Notes: generated from the letters alone by a model not told the origin. 62,924 nt of DNA, filler included, from Octopus bimaculoides (GCF_001194135.2; 10 parts of 10 records of this genome joined end to end with filler, not necessarily neighbours in it), one strand, 5' to 3'. Positions 35,090 through 50,760 are shown, counted from the first letter of the whole stretch. Made by a program: numbers and translations.

Positions 35090-35422
35090 TATAGATAGTT
35101 GGATTGATAGATAGATGATAGATAGATATACATATATGGATAACTATATACACACATGTATATGCGTACGTGTGTATGGATGGATGGATGAATTGATCGA
35201 TATACATAAAAATATGTATGTATGCACACATGTGTATCTGTTCCTTTTTTCTCTGTATGAAAGGGTCTGCGTGCCTCAGTACATCGCCAATTCATTCACA
35301 CGCATGCTGCATTAAACACGCATTGCTTGTGTCTGTATTTTGTGTTTTGATTTTTTTTTTTGGTACTTTTGGCAGGTTTTATATTTTAATTAAGACGCTT
35401 TCCCCACACTTTGCGTGTGAAT

Positions 35423-35520
<98 letters not shown>

Positions 35521-35775
35521 AATAAATTACATTAGGATGGCTATGGGTGTCTTCTCTTTAGGAAACAGTATGTAAGACACATACTGAAATATATGGCAAT
35601 ATTCGGCATATTATATACATCACATACGCACACACGCACACACACATGCACACACACATGCACACACACATACATTCATAAGTATATTTCCGTGAATATA
35701 TATATATACACACAAGCACACGCGCGCGCACAGACACACACACACACGCACAAACACACACACACACACATATAT

Positions 35776-35806
<31 letters not shown>

Positions 35807-35906
35807 NNNNNNNNNNNNNNNNNNNNNNNNNNNNNNNNNNNNNNNNNNNNTTAATTAATTAANNNNNNNNNNNNNNNNNNNNNNNNNNNNNNNNNNNNNN
35901 NNNNNN

Positions 35907-35954
<48 letters not shown>

Positions 35955-38239
35955 CATGATACACTTTTTTACCAATCTGAGTCATGTGCTGCATATTAAG
36001 TGATCGTAATTGCACTTTGGTTATCTTAAATCTATATCCATGTTTAGCGAATCTATGAACTATAGCCCTGATAAACTTAACAGAAATTACTTTATTTTTA
36101 TTTTTTCGTCAGTACATTATTCACTAAAATTTTCTAACGATCCATTAATCACAATTGAATTCCCGAATGTTTTCTTCTATTTAATTATCTCCTTGTTTTC
36201 TGAATGTCGTTTCTGATGGCTTTAACAGCAAGACCACATGGAAATATATGTTTCTTCTTATGGCACATCAGATACACCAAAATGAATTAGTGACTTGTAA
36301 TATGGCAAAGCAATTAACAGAAAGACATTTACATTTTTATGACTATATAAATTAAGGTGAGTGTAGCAATTGGTAGAATTGATTGGTTGATTCAGAATAT
36401 CTGAGAGTCGTTGATTTATATCATGTCAACATCAATGAATTTCTATTCGGCAGAAGAACTCTTCACATTGATACAACGAATTAAGAACATTTAAAATCTA
36501 ATCAGCAGTCACATGGACAATCAATAACTGCGATACTAATGGTAATGCAGAACTCTTCCGCTCTTGTGGCTGTAACGAACAGGTAGTCCTTCATAAATAT
36601 ATTGCTTCAAAGAGAAGGTCAGTATTCATAATCTGTGCTTGTGATTGAAGTGTTTTCATTGCTAGCAACTTTTAATGGTGAAGCAACTCGCTTCAGAGTT
36701 ATGAAGCTCCTTAGTCCGATCCCATGTGACGCATTTTACACAAAAGTCTTTAATCATTCAACTTCAATGTTGTGAGGAGAACTGAGTAAGGAGAAACTCT
36801 GTGGAGGTCGGCCGGTTGAACTCTATTTGTAATTTAAAAGAGCAGCCTGTCTCTTATCGTGTTACGCTGACTTTGCACGAGAAATACGCGAAGGACACAA
36901 ATGTCTGTAGAATAATAAGCTATATATGCATAAATTCAAGCAGCAGATTCTTCAGTTGACAAACAAATTGGAACAATCATCGAAAAAACCCACGTAATTA
37001 CATATACTTTACATATTTTACTGGCGCATAAAACTGTGACAATTATGTAAAATGTTATATAGCAATCATGTAAATCATGTAAAAATGTCGTTATATAGCA
37101 AGGCACATATCTCAGACGTATAAACACTAGGATAATGTAAAGTGCAGATCAGTCTACCAGAGAGTCAACATTATTTATTAATGTATGGTCACCAGATAAG
37201 TTTATCAAGCATTGAGAATATCAATGGTGAAAAGATGAACGAGTATGAGAGAAAAATATTGAAACTAGCTCCATTAGCTTCCATCTTTGCTACGCTGTTT
37301 TTCCTGCACTTGCTCATCATTGATGTCGCCACAGCTCCGTTATATTGCTGAACAATGCTTGTATAGAACGATTTTGAATATTCTTTAGCACATTGTTTGT
37401 ATCCATAAAAACTAACATGTGTATTCGCAAGGAAATCTATGGGACACTTTAAAAACTTTGTCTGTTAGCTGCATACCCCCTCCCCCACAAGCATACGCGC
37501 GCGCTCAAAACTTACACACACACACATACACCATACACAAACGTTAACGTACATCACACACACAAACACATATACATAAAATACATTTGCATTTGTAGAT
37601 GTACAGATATGTACCCTTGTATAAAATGAAGCGAGACAATGAACCAACATCTGCTACATTTCGCATTACGTCAATGCTATCATTGCAGTTTAATCGTTTT
37701 ATACTTTTTGAAACATTTGTGATTTTGTCACATTATGTTCTTGTCATATACAAATTAAAACACTACGCCAAAAATTTTGGAGACATCTGCAAATAAGGGT
37801 ATTGCAATGGATACGATTTAAGAAAGCTTTCGACTTTTATTTATTTCACCTTCGTGGGAAACTAGATACAGGAAGTTCAATCTGAGGATTTAAACATTGT
37901 ATCTGAAATCAGACATATTTGATATTAGTATAATTACTACTTGAACATAATGAAAGGATTGGTAACGTAAGCAAACTGTATTAGGACGAATACATACTTG
38001 TGACCAGAATTCAAAACATAATCAATATATTGAATGAAAACATTTCACAGAATCAATAACATTGATTAACAAAAGAAACTTATGTCAAACAAAATCCGTC
38101 TGCTCACAGATAATAAAAATAATTTAAAAATACAAAAGTACGATCAGATACCGTAGAATGTAATAGACAGCTAGTGTTTATTTACAGAAATGATATCGCA
38201 TTGAGCAGAGTAAAATAAATCCTGATAAATATTCTTCCT

Positions 38240-38380
38240 AATTATAACCGAAGGCCAGTTATTTTGAAATGGGGGTGGAGTAAATAACATCGATCTCAGT
38301 GATCACTACTACAATCTTATCGACTTCAAAAAGAGGAAATGCAAAGCTGGCTTCGGCGGAATCCGAACTCAGAACGTAAA
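38240..38380 (-). mobile_element. SINE fragment (gaggtcgac family), reverse orientation
   Basis: aggccag...gggg...acatcgat...cttatcgac...aaa...gcaaag...cggcggaat.cgaactcagaacgtaaag is the reverse complement of the 47.9 and 51.3 kb copies. Confidence 0.65.
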
Positions 38381-39329
38381 GAGCTGCGAGAAATGCCACT
38401 GAGAGATTTTATCCGATAGGGTAACGATTCTTTCAGTTCGCCATAAAATTGGTAAATATTGACTAAAGCATCGTAACTCGTACCCCACAACGGCAACAAA
38501 TGTAATTATTTTGGGTTTGAGCTGTGAGGCTGCTAAATCTGAATATGTATGATAATCTGTTTTAAAATGGATAAAATTTTTTGAAGAATAACTGTATATA
38601 ATGTATAAATGATTAAATGGAATCAACAGAAGAACTAGTTTTTATTCCACTCGAAATTCAACAGAGTGATTACATAAGAGAGCCAATTTTTAAAAGTCGT
38701 AACAGATGTGAGCATAAAATTTTAACTGTGAATATGTTTTATATCTGTCTACACATTTCTGAAATATAATTTCCATCTTAGTAGACGTACATCAATTTCA
38801 ATAAACGTAAATAGCTAGAATAAGAGTCCGGCCTAATAACGTTTTTGCATTTCGTTCGGCCTAGTAACGTTTTTGCAAACTTTCCGTAATAATACGTGAC
38901 ATTGGTAGAAAGAGTATTCTAGAGAGTAATTTATTATCTCTAGAAAGGTAAAACTAAGACGTGATACAAAGCTCTTAATATACAAAGAGGGTTCGTAAAG
39001 TAGTGAAATTCCAAGTAATCCATCACACAGGAAAATATATAGCATTATAAATCTTTAAAAAGATTGGAAAAACTAAAATGCAACGGTTTCTCTAAGTGGT
39101 TGCTTGATATGCAAGGTGTACATCATCAAAGCCCGCCATCCTAAACAAAGTAGTAGATATATGTTAATGTAGTCCTATCTATGCATAAAAGCAAACATAT
39201 TATGATTTGAAAACGTTTCGTGAGAGGTATCCAGAATGGAAACGTTTCATGTGAGGTATCCAGAATGAAGGAATAGTCTATCCATCTATCCATCTTCTCC
39301 GACTACTTTTTCAGAGTAGAGTGTTGGTG

Positions 39330-39720
39330 GCTCATAGGGGCAATCTTTAGACACATCCTCCATAGAGTGCTACCGAAACCAATCAATATTAGTATTCCCG
39401 GCTGGATTTCTAAGGGTAATAAACAGAGACTATAGACATTATTCAACCATTTCCTTGCTCTATCTCTAGATCCCCTGTTGTGCGGGTCGGCTTAGAGATT
39501 CCGTCTGGCGTCTGTATCCTGCAGCATTATAATCACACGTCCATAGTACCGGAGCTATGATAGTTAATTTCGGAGGAGTAGTAGCTAATTATAGAAGTAG
39601 AAACTCCTCGATTTCTAGGCTACACACGCTGTCACATAATCTTATTCCAGAGATCCTCCGAAAGACTCTCATTTCAGCCACTTGCATTCACGATCATACT
39701 CTTTCGGTCATTACCTAATA
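39330..39720 (-). mobile_element. RTE-clade LINE 3' remnant
   Basis: Minus strand MQVAEMRVFRRISGIRLCDSV resembles QAAEMRFLRRIxGxTxxDR. Confidence 0.5.
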
Positions 39721-40226
39721 GTCATAACTGCACATAAAATGTTTTTTCTTGACCAACCTCTGCTCTTCTGAAGTTTAAATACAGTGCCAGTACCTGTAAT
39801 TTTAGCATCCATTTCAGTCTTCTACATTCCATCAATGCGGAACAATAACAAATATATTTTTTTTCTCTAAAAGAAACAGCATAATTTTAAAATTTTCAGA
39901 TATATTATACTTATATTCATATCTGAGTGAATGCTGTGAACAGCATCTGTCGAACATTTGTATAATCTTTTTTTAATTTATAAGCAAATTTATTTTAGAA
40001 TCTATTTCCTATTTATTCAGGCATATGTTCACTATCCAGCTTGGCTACATCTACATTATATACGGATATTAATATTTATAAACATAACAATTTTATACGT
40101 ACTTACAAACGAATTTCTAAGTGTGCATGTGCACACGACTCTTGCTATGTATGAGTCTGTGTCTATACATACGTGTATACATACTTGCACCAATACACAC
40201 ACATACACACACATACACACACACAC

Positions 40227-40267
<41 letters not shown>

Positions 40268-40719
40268 NNNNNNNNNNNNNNNNNNNNNNNNNNNNNNNTA
40301 TATATACATATACATATATATATATATACATATACACATATATATGAGTCATTTTTAATATTAGAATTTGACATATACATACTTATGAATTATAGCGTGT
40401 AAATTATTGCGTTAAGAAGAACGCGTGATAACAAAAAAGTCGACAAAAGCAATGTGTGTGCGTGTGTGTGCGTGTGTGTGCGCGCGCATGCATCTCGTCC
40501 AGTGCTGGAGCATTGCTCGAATTGTGGTGTTATGCTGAACATCTGCTGTCACGTATATGATGGATCCAGGTATCAGATGAGCCCAATGTGAAGATTGTTC
40601 CAATGCCTTTCTATTGCTGGGAAGTATAAGTAAAATTTATCTTTCTGGCGGCTTTAGTGAACGATTTTGTGTTTCAGGTGGAAAAGAAGATGAGTTGAGA
40701 GAAAGGACTGCATTTTAGC

Positions 40720-41800
40720 AAATTTCATGGAGCGTGGATGAAAGTGGAGAGTATGTCTCAACTGAGCGGCCATATTTACTACGGGTCTGTAAGAATGAGA
40801 GTTTAACATATACCTTAAGTTTGGTGGCTATTTATGCTCCGACAGTGGCAGGACAAACATATCTCTTTAGATGCATGGATGTCTTTCTGGGAACATCTCG
40901 ACCTTTACTGCTAATGGGTGTGTGAAATACCATCCTGGGCGCACATTTGGATTGCCTTCATGTAAGTGTTGGAAGAATGGGGTCCAAAAGCCTTGCACAC
41001 TTGCTCACAAACTTTTCCATCTACCCAGGGGTACCGACTGTATTTCCCAAATACACCATTATGTACATGGACAAACCGCATCGTGTCAAATACATCGTAT
41101 CTAGAATTTTCTGTCGGCTAGTAGATACGGATATTATAAGTTGTCCACATTTTAAAGTCGTCGGTTACACCGGTCAGAAATTCATTATTGGAAACTGAAC
41201 GCATCACTCCCGGTTGGCCAAACCTACAAGGACCGGGTTACTGCATTAATTAAGCGGCCGTTGACGGGGTCAATCGTCAATAACAAATGGTAATTTGCTC
41301 TGAAAGGGCAATTAGATTCGAACGAATTAGGTTTACTAAGGTATTAGCCATAGAAAGGAATACAATATTTGAAGCTTAGTTTGAGACACAGGGGCGGTGG
41401 ACTCAAGTAGAAATGACGCAACATGGAAACAAAGCCACAAATTCAGCATTGGACGAGATACACGCGTACGCGCGCACGCGCACACAGCAATGCACGCACA
41501 CGCACGCTCATGCGCAGGCGCGCGCACACACACACGCATCTACATATACATTGGGCACACGGTACTCGAGCGCGAGCAGATGTGTACGGCATTTCAGCAG
41601 CACTTTGCTCAACTGTTTGAGATGAATGGCAGTTCAGAACATGCGATGGACTTCAGTACCTACCTCGACGGCATGTATCATCTCACGGCAAAGGGAGCAG
41701 AGCGCTGTGAAATGCCGATAACAGCCGCGAGAAAATGGAGTGTGATGATGGGCTGCATTTGTGTAAATCGTCTGGTTTGGATGGTCTGTCTTACGAGCTT
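40720..41800 (+). mobile_element. L1/Tx1-like LINE ORF2 remnant (APE endonuclease and linker)
   Basis: LVAIYAPT...FLGTSRPLLLMG; MCTAFQQHFAQLF...YLDGM...AERCEMPIT. Confidence 0.6.
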
Positions 41801-42835
41801 AGTTTTCTATGCCAGGCTTGTTTGCCGGCCTTTTAACAGATATCCACCACAACTAGCCGGAGAACGAGAGAATTCCTACTCCTGTGAGTGAAGCAGCGGT
41901 GACACTGCTGACAAAGAACCTAAACAAAGGGGACGAACTAAATTGAAGATTTTAGGCGTATAATGTTCCTGAACGCAGATTTCAAAATTTAGGCCAGTTT
42001 TAGTATAGAGGTTGGCGCTTATCTTCGAGGAGCTGATTGGTTTCTTACATTTCTGAAACATAGCAGTCCAGCGAAAAAGTGGTCGATAGAATATGTACCG
42101 CACTTAGCAATACGTAAAGATTCGATTTGTTCGACTAATTTTCAAGGCTGCGCCCAAGCATGACATAGATATAAGTAAAAAATATTAGAATACTAGCTAG
42201 ACGTTTAGTCCTTCGACTTAAGACAAACTTATAAAACATATTTAAATACTAAATGACAATGGAAAGCAGACACGTAAATTACGGACTAAACAGTGATGTA
42301 TGTTGTCACTCTGAATACAAATAATGTCATGTTTGAAGATGCACTTTGTCTCTCTGGTGGTCGGTAAAATCACTACAAATAATATACTGAAACCATTCGA
42401 TCGATGGCCCACTATAGAATAGTGGTTATGTGTAAGTAGTCTGAATCAATTATTGTAAATACGATGAAATGGAAGCAATCTGGGGAAATTCCACACAATA
42501 TTTCACTTGCCGTATGTTATAAATGTTCTTACTAATATTTCGATGCATATAAATCTGCTTAACAATGTTTCACTCTGTTGAAGATCTTTTTTCCATTGTT
42601 ATGGTTGTTAAATTTATAGTATTAGATCACATAATACAGAAGGAAAATATTAAATATGTTCTGCATATTATATTAATATCCTATCACATTGAACTACGTC
42701 TTTCATCTGATCGACTTGATGTCGATTTAATAAAATACCAGTAATGATCACCAACCCATATAACAAATTATAACCCATCGATACATTATTTAACACAATT
42801 AAGCATTTCGTGAAAGTTATAAAATTAATATGATC

Positions 42836-43008
<173 letters not shown>

Positions 43009-44443
43009 GTACAAGNNNNNNNNNNNNNNNNNNNNNNNNNNNNNNNNNNNNNNNNNNNNNNNNNNNNNNNNNNNNNNNNNNNNNNNNNNNNNNNNNNNNN
43101 NNNNNNNNNNNNNNNNNNNNNNNNNNNNNNNNNNNNNNNNNNNNNNNNNNNNNNNNNNNNNNNNNNNNNNNNNNNNNNNNNNNNNNNNNNNNNNNNNNNN
43201 NNNNNNNNNNNNNNNNNNNNNNNNNNNNNNNNNNNNNNNNNNNNNNNNNNNNNNNNNNNNNNNNNNNNNNNNNNNNNNNNNNNNNNNNNNNNNNNNNNNN
43301 NNNNNNNNNNNNNNNNNNNNNNNNNNNNNNNNNNNNNNNNNNNNNNNNNNNNNNNNNNNNNNNNNNNNNNNNNNNNAAAAATGCTGACATTGTGCCGAAA
43401 CTGAATTTATTATCAGTATCATGTAAACCCCTCAGTTTTACCTTTGATTTATTCATGCAGCGCTACGTACAACTTGTTTATTTTGAAAAAAGAGATACCC
43501 AATGAAAATCATGTACAACTCTCACCCTCTTTTCCTCGTTTTTCTCGCTTATTCCTCCCTTCCTCCTCCTCTCACTCTCTCTCTCTCTCTCTGTTTCTCT
43601 TTTTCTCCCTTTCACTCTGCCTTTCCCTGTCCCCCTCCCTCTTATTCTTCAATCGGTTTTACTTCCCTTCCTCAGTTACCCCCTTGTAACGTTTACTGTC
43701 ACTCTCCTCCTCCCTCTCATTCTTTGGTCCCTCTGATTTCCTTCCTGTTTCCTATTCCATGGTCTCTGCCCTCTTCAACCCCTCCTTCTCTGCCACGTGA
43801 TTGCTGTCCAGTTCAGGCATTGTCGTCCTTTTTCGGCCGGCCGCCCTTGAAAGTCTATCGCGTCTGTTCTGTTCTGTTATCCTGTCTCTTAAGATTTTCC
43901 CATTTGCCTTGTGCTAGCTTACTACACTCGTCTGATTGTCGAAAGACCCTGTTTGTTTTGTTTTACTTTTGTTGTAATTGTATTATTATTTTCCTTTTGT
44001 TTTATAGCCGAAAGGCGTTAGTCCAATGTATATGTATAATTCTATTTCATATATTACGTTCGTCGATAGTCGAGAAACCCTTTCTATTGTTTACTTATTT
44101 GTTTTCGTATATGTACATTCGTTTGCCTTGCCCAGAGGCTTAATGCATAAGTCTCTGCCCCAGCCTGTTTAGAGTACTATCGGAGATAAGTGTGCGAAAC
44201 TACGTGGACATTCCGGACTCCGACGAAAGAGATAATTGGCTACAAATGATCCGTGTATCTTTTGCTGAGTTTGCTGTAACCGTGCTATCGTCTTTTTATC
44301 CGCATGTTGTGTTTTGACGGTTTCCGTTTGTTGCGATTTTTCTTTTCTTTTCTTCCTTTGATTTATACATGCAACGCTACATACAAGTTGTTGTTTACTC
44401 AGTAAAAAAGATAACTCTTGAATATATATAAGAATATCAACCA

Positions 44444-44815
44444 CTTAGTTTCTAAACACTACAACTCACTCACTGACAATGAATGAGACTACATCACCAA
44501 CTTCGAACCAAAACCCAGTAACTTTTACGGCTTACCCAAAATACATAAGTCAGAAGATATTCAACAGGGAGTAAAGGAACAAGGAAGTGAATACATAAAA
44601 GTGCTACATCCAAAAGATTTAAAACTTAGACCAATTATAGCTGGCCCAGTATACCCTACTCACCGTCTAAGCAATTTCATTGACATTCTTTTGAAGCCAC
44701 TTTGTACATACATACCCAGTTTCATTCGGGATGACATCGACTTTTTATCCCATCTTCCCAAAACCACGGAAACAAATTCAATCCTACTGAGCTTCGATGT
44801 AGTAAGCCTATACAC
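44444..44815 (+). mobile_element. Penelope-like reverse transcriptase fragment, cut by a gap
   Basis: PSNFYGLPKIHK...LRPIIAGPVYPTHRLSNFIDILLKP...IPSFIRDDIDFL...LLSFDVVSLY. Confidence 0.9.
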
Positions 44816-44915
44816 NNNNNNNNNNNNNNNNNNNNNNNNNNNNNNNNNNNNNNNNNNNNTTAATTAATTAANNNNNNNNNNNNNNNNNNNNNNNNNNNNN
44901 NNNNNNNNNNNNNNN

Positions 44916-45996
44916 AAAGTTACCAGATCTTTCGTCTGCAAAGTTTGTAAGGAGTTAGAGACTGATGATGGAAACGTATCACTAGTATCAAAAGCATACA
45001 AAACATTCTAAACGCACTGAAATCGTCGAAACACCTGAATTTATCCAACAAGTTCAACAGACCAATGATTACAATCCCAGAAAGTCCATGAGGTCAATTG
45101 CAAAAGATCTCCATGTGTCAGAAGGAACAGTCAGAAATGTTGTCCACGAAGACATCTGATATAAGTTTTATATGATGAGGAAAGGTCAATTTGTTAGAAA
45201 AAGCAAAAGAAAATCACTACAACAGATCTAAAAGGTTCTTAAACAAACTGAAAAATCCAGCAGAAGAATGTTTGATTTGGTTTTCCTCAAACGAGAAAAA
45301 CTTCGATCAAGATCAAAAAATTAACAGATGAAATGACAGATGGTTATGTGCAGACCCTTCTGAAGTTCCAAGTGTTATGAATACAAAATTTCCGGCAACT
45401 GTCATGGTTTTAGAGGTTGTCAGCAATGAAGGACATGTGATGCCTCCTTACTTCTTCCTACAAGGCCTTAGAGTTAACTCTGCTGCCTACATTGAGGTCC
45501 TGGAAATAATTGTTAAGCCCTAGATAGACAGTGTATGCAATGGAAGGCCATATCTGTTTCAGTAAGAGTCTGCAGTATTGCACATGGCTCCAGTAACACA
45601 GGAATGGATGGCTGAAAATTTTCATGATCACATAACCCCTAACATTTGGCCTCCTAGTTCCCTAGATCTCAATCCATTGGACTATTACATGTGGAACGTT
45701 GTTGAGAAAGAGGTCAATGAACACACCCATAACACCAAAGATTCTTTGAAAGTTGCCATTGTCAGATTAATGTCCAAAATGAACCAGGACCATTTCATTC
45801 AAGCATGTAGATGATTTAGATCTCATATAGAAGCAGTTGTTGAAACTGAAGGTGGCTTTATTGAATAATATTATAGAATAGAAGGTTTATTTTTATCCTC
45901 ATAGTATTTTTTTACATAGAAAGTTATTATCTGTTATTATATATTTGGTTTTTTTTTATAAACATAAATCTGTCTTCAATTATCTTACGCACCCTG
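44916..45996 (+). mobile_element. Tc1/mariner transposon, maT (DD37D) type, with stops
   Basis: KSMRSIAKDLHVSEGTV (HTH); WFSSNEKNF; FQ*ESAVLH followed 37 residues later by the D of WPPSSLDLNPLDY. Right TIR attatcttacgcaccctg followed by TA. Confidence 0.88.
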
Positions 45997-46683
45997 TATA
46001 TATATAACTCGTTATATATAATCAAAAGAAACTATATAATCAAAAGAAAAAGTAAATACAGAATAAAATGGCTGTTTAACAAACTGAAATATTTAGAATG
46101 AGACACCGTAATACCAATACATACATACTCTGTTGCAGCAAATCAAGGTAAGTATGAGAATGTATAGAGAGAAGTCTAGGCAACGGCCATATTTGAAATG
46201 ACGAGTGTTAGGGAATTTCCGGTCATATATTGACTGAGTTACTATTCTTGGTTTAACCTGCTTCTTTTTTCGGCTCTGTTTGGTTACGCTTAATACTGTT
46301 GCTTGAGCTATTGTTGCTTATGTTGCTGTTGTTGCTAGTAATGATATTGATAGCTTTGTTGAATTTGTTGTTGTTATATGGTTTAAGCAAGGTTGTTTGC
46401 AGAGTGATTATAGCCCTGTGGAATATAAACGAAGAACAAAGCCAATGGAATGTGTCGGAGTCTCTACCTTGATCTCACAGCCGTGTCAATGTTTCTCAGT
46501 CACAGTAACAGAATGAGGGAACGGAGACGGCTATAAAAAAGATTGTCCTTCNNNNNNNNNNNNNNNNNNNNNNNNNNNNNNNNNNNNNNNNNNNNTTAAT
46601 TAATTAANNNNNNNNNNNNNNNNNNNNNNNNNNNNNNNNNNNNNNNNNNNNATATATATATATACACACACATATATATATAT

Positions 46684-46715
<32 letters not shown>

Positions 46716-47019
46716 TTATATATAAACACACACACTCACACATGCATACATATACATATATCCATTATTATCTTCCGTCCATACTTAGCTGTTCTCTATT
46801 CAACTCCAGCTTCTGTAACAGTCTGATTCTCACCAATGCAAACGTTTCACATTTCCTCTCTCTACAAATCAATCACTGCAGCCTCCCCCCACCACCACCA
46901 CCACCAATCATTACAGAACCAAATTCTCAATCACAATTGATTATATGCTTCATCTCTTGTCCAACACGATTTCTCTTCCCAAAGAAATGCTATACATACG
47001 ATACACCACACGATTATCG

Positions 47020-47092
<73 letters not shown>

Positions 47093-47445
47093 CACAATTT
47101 CAATGTACGCGATCCATATTTGGTCTTATCCGTTTCTATTGATAACTTCCAAAGTTTATGCCACCAAATATGGTCCGTTTCCTTTCAGTAATTTTCACCC
47201 TTTCTTCTCATCTTTTATCCTCTTCTTCGAATTCAATCCCCTTCCTCTTAACTTCTTATTATTTAGTGTTGCTTCCAGTTAGTGAATGTCTTCGATTCTT
47301 TCTGCCATCATAATGATTATTGTATATAAATTCCGTGGTAATATTGATATTGCGTTCTGCGGGTTATATAATCTCAGTGCATTCTTGCCTTTGAAAACAC
47401 ATCCATGTATTGAAACTATTGTCTTGACATAAGAACAACAACTAC

Positions 47446-47531
<86 letters not shown>

Positions 47532-47546
47532 CAACGATGACAACGC

Positions 47547-47588
<42 letters not shown>

Positions 47589-47914
47589 CGATGATGATTT
47601 ATTTGTCACAGGAAAGTAAATGTGGAGGATATCACAAATCTACAATTTGCGTTAGGGTTTATACATTTACACAAAACATGAGCAAGAGAGAAACGGAAAT
47701 GTCGGTGAAATGAAATAGAAAGCATACATGGTATACAAAGTATTTGATACCATGAATAATGCTGTCCTCCTGATGTAGGAGAACGTGCATCAAGGGCCAA
47801 TCGACAGACCTCACAGATTTCGGCTTACCCTGACCGCCAAAGACATGAGCCCTCACCCAACGCTTGTGCTCTAATTTACAAGCGCATACCTGGCGTAGAT
47901 ACATTCACCCCCAA

Positions 47915-48110
47915 CAATTTGGCACGCCGGACGAAATGCTTAGCGATATTTCGTCTGACTTTACGTTCTGAGTTAAAATTCCGCCGAGGTCAACATTGCC
48001 TTTCATCCTTTCGGGGTTGATAAATTAAGTACCAGTTGCATTCTGGGGTCCATCTAATCGACTGGCGTCCTTCCCCAAAATTTCGGGTCTTGTGCCTAGA
48101 GTAGAAAAGA
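47915..48110 (+). mobile_element. tRNA-related SINE (gaggtcgac family)
   Basis: gacgaaatgcttagc...ttccgccgaggtcaac.ttgcctttcatcctttcgggg...aagtaccagtt...cttgtgcctagagtagaaa. Confidence 0.8.
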
Positions 48111-48129
48111 ATTATACATATTAGAAAAA

Positions 48130-48250
48130 ACAAAAACTCAACGAACATGAAATTTGGCTTATACAGGGACGACGGGCTAGTAATATCTAAAGACATGGAT
48201 GGACATAGATTATGTAGATACAGGAAAGGATTCATACAAACGTTTATCAA
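48130..48250 (+). mobile_element. PLE RT catalytic-motif fragment
   Basis: GLYRDDGLVIS...YRKGFIQTF. Confidence 0.6.
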
Positions 48251-49128
48251 CTCAGAATCAAATTCATCAGCAAATACTTATTGATCGGAGTTCTATAATC
48301 GACCATTTACTGAAAGTTTTGGTTGAGACAAGGAGAGAAAATAGAAGTTTTTTCTCGCATTTATTTACAGATCTGAATAGTCGGATGTAGAGGATTCGTT
48401 AGGCCTAACTCACCGTTAAGCAAATCCCACCATGAGTGATGTCCAAACTACAGTGGAAAGGGCTAGCCACTGGATTTGGGTAAAAAGAGACGATGAGCGA
48501 TTGGTAGAAGAATAATGAGCGAAACCCGATGACCAGTTGACCTAGCAAGCAGAGCCTCATTTTTTTGAAGAGGTCCGGTGCGCAATAATGCCGTCGAGAG
48601 CTAGGCCCCGAAACGGCGCGTACTCTCTCCTGATGAGTCAATAAACTTGCAGAGCTTTCAAATGGTTGTACTTGCATCTACAAGCTGTTTGCAAATAATC
48701 TGAAAAGCGTTGGCTTCCATTTGACAAATGCTGGAAACGATATAAGTCTATACTGGAATGCTTATTCCGAATTAAGTCAAATAGTTTGTAATCTAACAAA
48801 ATCTCTAAATTTAATTGATTTGTGGATGGATTTTTAAGAATTAGACATATGAGTTAATTACCTGAAATGATAATTTGAAATAAATTGGAATTAGTGACAA
48901 TTTAAATTTCAAACAAAATGACTTGTAAATTGTTTAAACATAAATGGAAATATATTTAAATGTCGGTGGGTAAAATAAATTAGCATGCTTCATTAAGACT
49001 CGAATTAAAATTAAATTAGTAAGTGATATATGTTAGCATTGATTGGAGTTTTTGCAGACATTTCACACGTCTCAATCGCAATGAAGATTTCTTAATAAAA
49101 GTTCGATAGCAAAATTCGTTGTCGTGGG

Positions 49129-49160
<32 letters not shown>

Positions 49161-49185
49161 CTGTTGTTTACGTTGTTGTTGGGAT

Positions 49186-49228
<43 letters not shown>

Positions 49229-49496
49229 CAGTTTAACATGTAGCTAACAGCTACTGTGTGAAGAATCTTAGTTTAATTCTGCATATTTGGCCTGTGCGTT
49301 GCGCACACAGACGCATGCAGCATATGTGTGTGTGTGAGTGTGTGTGTGTATGTGTGTGTGTGTATGTCTGCGCGTGTATACGTGTGAGTGTGAGTAGATA
49401 TATATATGTATATGTATTCGTGTATGTATATATATATATACACGAATACATATACATATATATATATCTACTCACACTCACACATATACACGCGCA

Positions 49497-49546
<50 letters not shown>

Positions 49547-49604
49547 CATACATACATATAGATAGATAGGCAGGCAGGCAGACAAGACAGGCAGGCTGAC
49601 AGAC

Positions 49605-49637
<33 letters not shown>

Positions 49638-49918
49638 CATGCATATATCCATACATAAGTAGATACATACATACATATTTATACATGCACATATAGACAC
49701 AGGAAAGCACAGATATACATATAGAAAGTCAACCACCAACGCTCACATACATATACATATACACACATATATATCACTCAAAGACAGACAGGCACACAGA
49801 CAGACAGGCACACAGACAGACAGACGTTCTGTTTCCATTCCACTGAATAATATTAATAAGTGCAATTATTGATAAGAATTCCAGGATTTGATTCCAGCTA
49901 TTTCTGTAACTGTACGTG

Positions 49919-49973
<55 letters not shown>

Positions 49974-50180
49974 CCAACATTCTCTCACACACAAACATTC
50001 CAACGCGCAAGTACATACACATATGCATAATAACAGACACACACATACGAACAACGCACTCATAGCTACACGCACACACAGACGTACTCACAATGAGAGT
50101 TTATAGCTACACACACACTCTCACACATACGCACATACACATACACACACACACGTATCTATATATATACATGTACGTAC

Positions 50181-50219
<39 letters not shown>

Positions 50220-50235
50220 TGTGTGTATGTATGCA

Positions 50236-50276
<41 letters not shown>

Positions 50277-50278
<2 letters not shown>

Positions 50279-50410
50279 ATGGCTTTGCGGTAAGAAGCTT
50301 GCTTCTCAACCATATGGTTTCAGGTTCGATCCCCCTGTGTGACACTTTGGGCAAGTGTCATCTACTATAACCTCGGGCCGACCAAAGCCTCATGAGTGGA
50401 TTTGGTAGTG
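50277..50410 (+). mobile_element. tRNA-head SINE fragment
   Basis: tggctttgcggtaagaagcttgc...ggttcgatccc...ttgggcaagtgtc...ggccgaccaaagcc...gagtggatttggtag. Confidence 0.7.
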
Positions 50411-50660
50411 ATTTTGTTGTTGAAAATGTACCTAAATTTGAAAAAATTGTAATTGTTTAAAATAAATTTATTTACCTACATGGCGAATTCTAAATTTTTA
50501 CCATTGATAAATAAAAAATATTGGTGAAACTAGTTTGGTATATATATCAATAAATTTATTTTGAACAAATCTTTAAGTTCAAATAACCGTTTTATTTATT
50601 GTGTTACATGTGTGTACATACATACTTATATATGTGTGTGTGTGTATGCGTATATATATA

Positions 50661-50760
50661 CGTGTTCTGATCAATAAGTATCCGGACTGTTGCCATAGTA
50701 ATGAAACTAAAGCACGCAGAGTGAAGCTGCTTGGCACAGATTGGACTTGAACTCACACAC
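50661..50760 (+). mobile_element. mariner-like left-end remnant
   Basis: TA|cgtgttctgatcaataagtatccggact resembles a mariner TIR; no partner end found. Confidence 0.45.

Noticed and set aside
36200-36760. Possible hAT transposase traces on the minus strand (HIFPCGLAVK)
   Set aside because: One weak motif amid many stops; insufficient support.
44140-44235. Hairpins plus cgaaa upstream of the PLE RT fragment
   Set aside because: No CUGANGA core on either strand.
48560-48660. gaaac...gta and ctgatgag hammerhead-like words
   Set aside because: Could not assemble stems I and II in any topology.
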